Shown here: piece after piece, positions 60,942-64,000 of the stretch
How the letters are laid out: each line of letters starts with the position of its first letter
Numbering within the stretch: the first letter of the stretch is position 1
DNA from: Gemmatales bacterium
GTDB taxonomy: Bacteria; Planctomycetota; Planctomycetia; Gemmatales; HRBIN36
Assembly (NCBI GenBank): GCA_041640595.1
Contig: JBEPZY010000004.1
Span: forward strand, 294,014 to 358,013
Direction: 5' to 3'
Length of the DNA stretch: 64,000 nucleotides
The notes under the pieces: generated by a model
The model's database searches: none
What the model saw: the letters and a program-made list of their open reading frames with translations, nothing else
Told to the model about the DNA's origin: nothing
Program-made: the position numbers and the translations under genes

Positions 60942-61652
60942 ATGCCTGCGGTAACGTTTCAGGTGATAGACGGTGTAGATAAAGGGCGGATTTTCCGCGA
61001 TATTCCCACGCCGTTTACCATCGGTCGGGAAGAAGGGAATCGCATCTGCCTGAACGACGAACGGGTCAGCCGGTTTCACCTGAAAGTTTTCCACGACCAG
61101 GACGACATCGTGATTGTGGACATGAACAGCACCAACGGGACAACGGTCAACGGCAAGCCGGTGACCGTGTGCCGATTGCAGGTGGGCGACTGCATTCGCA
61201 TCGGCCGAACGTCGCTGCTTTACGGTTCGCCGGCAGAGATTCACCGGTTGCTGCAACAAATTCGGGGTGAGCCTGTTTCCGCTGCCTCGCCCGCAAGTCA
61301 TGCCGAGCAGACGCCGCTTGTGCCAGCAGACCAGATTCCGGAGGAGCCAGCCGAATTTTCGCTGGAACCCGACCAGGCTGTCCATCTGGCTCGATTGCTC
61401 ACGGACCGCCCCGATTCTCCGCCGCCACCACCGCGCCGGCTCACGGCATCGCAGCTGGCCAGGATTGTTGGTTTCCTGGAACTGATACACGAACGTTTGG
61501 CGCGATGCAGCCGGGAAGGCGTGCGCGATTCCGACCAGCCCTGGGTGCGCTTGCCTGTGCATATCTGGCATGAGCTGCTCGACCTGCAAATGCTGGTGGC
61601 TCGTTACTGTCGCAGCCTCACCGAACCGGAAGATTGGGAACAACTGTCCTGA
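60942..61652 (+). CDS. FHA domain protein
   Basis: IGREEGN, VSRFH, DMNSTNGT. Confidence 0.88.
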   Translation: MPAVTFQVIDGVDKGRIFRDIPTPFTIGREEGNRICLNDERVSRFHLKVFHDQDDIVIVDMNSTNGTTVNGKPVTVCRLQVGDCIRIGRTSLLYGSPAEIHRLLQQIRGEPVSAASPASHAEQTPLVPADQIPEEPAEFSLEPDQAVHLARLLTDRPDSPPPPPRRLTASQLARIVGFLELIHERLARCSREGVRDSDQPWVRLPVHIWHELLDLQMLVARYCRSLTEPEDWEQLS

Positions 61653-61702
61653 ACGCCGTTTTCGGTACCCTGGGCAAAATCGGTAAAAAGGATGTTTTTT
61701 TC

Positions 61703-61731
61703 TTGACTTGCGCTATTTGCTTTTGTAAACT
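61703..61731 (+). promoter_or_regulatory. Candidate sigma70 promoter
   Basis: TTGACT-N17-TAAACT in an AT-rich patch. Confidence 0.6.
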
Positions 61732-62130
61732 CTAGTGAGCAGCCCGCAGAGCCAGGTTCGCTCTGCACCGGTGAATGCCGGTAGTGGCTGCGGGAACCGA
61801 CAAGCCCCAAACTGCCCTCACGTGGCCGAGCCGCTTAGCAGACCCCGTGTCGTTCTGCGAAAGCGTCGGCCCTGAATTACCCGCTTCGGTCAAGCGGTCG
61901 AGGGCGCTGAGGGCCAATCTCATGGCGAGCTTATCCACGCCGCGATGGCGCTGCGCCCCGTGTGCGCGAGCAAGCTGTTGCTATCGGGCCGACCCCAGGC
62001 CCGGGTGGGTCTTTCCCCTCTACCCACCTCGACTCGCCTATCGTCGGGTTATGCGGGCAAGGAAGTTTCGCCTGCTGGAGCAGGGCCAGCCATCAGTCTT
62101 CTCCCCGCAACAGCCGCGAGGTGATGGTGC

Positions 62131-63579
62131 ATGCCCCAGCATCGCTACGCTCTGATTGCGGACCATCCGCAGCTGATTGAGACGGCCCGCTGGGAATTGA
62201 GACGACTGGCCGGTTCCAGCTCCCGGTTTTCCGAAACGGTGGAGGGAGGGTCTGCGTCTCGCTCGGCCGTGATGCCGGAGAACTGGCCTGTGGTGAGCTG
62301 GAATGCTGCCAGTTCGTTGCTGCAGGCTTGGCAGGCCAGTCTGGTGCTCGGTATCGCTGACCCCGCCGAAATCCCACTCGCCCACCGACTGGTCCAGGAG
62401 ATCACCCTGCGGCGATTGCCGTTTGTCGTGGTCGCGCTCGTGGCCGAGTCTTGCTGGTCGGAGGTGCAGGAGTGGGCACGGTACGGGTTGCGGCTCTTGC
62501 TCTGGCCCCGGGATCTGGCCGGCCTGACACCAGCATTGCGCCGCCACCGCGAGCATCCCCGCGAACTGGAACTGGCACGTTTTCCCGAAGGTACACTCGA
62601 ACAGCAAATCGCTTTGCGACTGGTTCCTTACACCCCTTCGCTACTTCCTCTGGTCGAGAAACTGGCGCTGGCAGCCCGGCACGATGTCACGGTTCTGCTG
62701 ACCGGTGAAACGGGCACCGGGAAAACTTACCTGGCGCGGCTGATCCACGAATTTTCCTCTCGTGCCAAGGAACGTTTCCTCCATGTGCCGTGCGGCGCCC
62801 TGGCTCCAAATCTGATCGAAAGCGAACTGTTCGGCCACGTCCGAGGTGCCTTCACCGGAGCTGACCGCAACCGTCCCGGCAAATTCGCAGCTGCCGGGCA
62901 TGGCACACTTCTGCTCGACGAAATTGACGCTTTGCCCTTGGAACAGCAGGCCAATTTACTCCGCGTGGTCGAAACCGGTGAATATGAGCCGGTCGGCAGC
63001 AACGAAACTCACAAGACCACTTGCCGACTCATTGTGGCCAGCAATCGCAATCTCGCCGAGGAAGTTCGCCGCGGTCGGTTCCGCGAAGACCTGTATTATC
63101 GGCTCAACGTGATGTCGTTCCATCTGCCGCCTTTGCGTGAACGTCCGGAAGATATTGAGCCGCTGGTGCGAAACATGGCGGCCCGCTTTTGCGCCCGCTT
63201 CCACAAAGAGCTGTTCGACGTGAGCTCGGAAGCCCTGAGCATTCTCGAGACCTACCACTGGCCGGGCAACGTCCGCGAACTGGAAAATGCCATTCAGCAT
63301 GCCGTGCTGGTCAGTCGCGGTCCGCTGCTGTTGCCGGAACATTTGCCCGACTCGGTTCGCCAGCACGCCGAACAGCACAGCAACGGCAACCAGCTCCAGG
63401 AAAGCCGCGATGGCCTGAGCTACAACCGCGAGTTGCTGGAACGCACCATCATTTTGCGGGCCCTTTCGCAGCATGGTTTCAGCCGTACCCGCGCTGCCCA
63501 CGAACTGGGTATCAGCCGCGTGACGTTGTATAAGAAGATGAAAAAGTACGGCCTGCTTCCTCGCACCAGCCACGAGTAA
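62131..63579 (+). CDS. Sigma-54-dependent transcriptional activator (AAA+, Fis-type HTH) with an atypical N-terminus
   Basis: GETGTGKT, ESELFGH, GAFTGA, FREDLYYRL, WPGNVREL, LGISRVTLYKK. Confidence 0.93.
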   Translation: MPQHRYALIADHPQLIETARWELRRLAGSSSRFSETVEGGSASRSAVMPENWPVVSWNAASSLLQAWQASLVLGIADPAEIPLAHRLVQEITLRRLPFVVVALVAESCWSEVQEWARYGLRLLLWPRDLAGLTPALRRHREHPRELELARFPEGTLEQQIALRLVPYTPSLLPLVEKLALAARHDVTVLLTGETGTGKTYLARLIHEFSSRAKERFLHVPCGALAPNLIESELFGHVRGAFTGADRNRPGKFAAAGHGTLLLDEIDALPLEQQANLLRVVETGEYEPVGSNETHKTTCRLIVASNRNLAEEVRRGRFREDLYYRLNVMSFHLPPLRERPEDIEPLVRNMAARFCARFHKELFDVSSEALSILETYHWPGNVRELENAIQHAVLVSRGPLLLPEHLPDSVRQHAEQHSNGNQLQESRDGLSYNRELLERTIILRALSQHGFSRTRAAHELGISRVTLYKKMKKYGLLPRTSHE

Positions 63580-63800
63580 ACGCTGCGACCGTGGGCGGCC
63601 CCCGGGAGGTGCAGCTATTGACAGATATCTGCTTCCTCGCTCCAGCCACGAGTAAACGCTGCGTCCGTGGGCGGCCCCGGGAGGTACAGCTATGACAGAT
63701 ATCTGCTTCCTCGCTCCAGCTACGAGTAAACACTGCGTCACCACCGGACGGGGCTGACCGCTTGTCTATCCCTAAGCTGCTTGCTCGCACCAGCCACGCG
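63553..63800. repeat. Four copies of the activator gene's stop region (periods 76, 74, 74)
   Basis: CTGCTTCCTCGCWCCAGCYACG at 63553, 63629, 63703 and, degenerate, at 63777. Confidence 0.9.
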
Positions 63801-63814
63801 TGCGAATTCGATAC

Positions 63815-64000
63815 GTTCACCACGGCTGGGTTACGCCCCCCGCTCCTGGTCGGGAATGCGAGCGCTGCGCGAATTATGCGTATTCCAGCTGCAAATTCGA
63901 CCGGAACATCGCTGCGTCCGGGAACGCGCCCACCACACATGCGTATTCCATCTGCGGATTCGTTACGTTCACCACGGGGGGCTTACGCCCCCCGCTCCTG
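63815..64000. repeat. REP-like palindrome cluster (2 copies, continues past the window end)
   Basis: CCACGGCTGGGTTACGCCCCCCGCTCCTGG and CCACGGGGGGCTTACGCCCCCCGCTCCTG. Confidence 0.8.

Overview
GC-rich bacterial window, most likely from a planctomycete (DUF1501 and DUF1549/DUF1553 genes, several Ser/Thr kinases, FHA proteins, ECF sigma factors); the taxon is an inference. Recognisable content: prepilin peptidase (partial), nadB, trpS, rplU, tRNA-Cys(GCA), tRNA-Arg(CCG), two ECF sigma modules, two WD40 proteins, a type II FAS/PKS-like cluster (KS, non-catalytic KS, ACP, KR, two DH) with a hydrolase and a GH3 ligase, an RND efflux system, an MFS transporter and a sigma-54 activator. Three things are not explained by the ORF track. 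(1) At roughly 20 intergenic sites a local ~30 or ~37 bp segment is directly repeated around a unique ~35-38 bp insert, with periods clustered at 65-69 and 72-76 bp. Each locus has a different repeat, and several repeats are copies of a gene's own stop or start region or a tRNA 5' end. This is the geometry of CRISPR spacer integration, but at non-CRISPR sites, suggesting ectopic 'neo-arrays'; no cas gene is in the window. (2) Two genes are interrupted by an in-frame TGA followed by a SECIS-like hairpin: a thioredoxin-like/PDZ protein with a UxxC motif and a small membrane protein missing from the ORF track. (3) About 40 copies of a REP-like hairpin with co-varying stems form mosaic clusters. 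All alignments and counts were made by eye.
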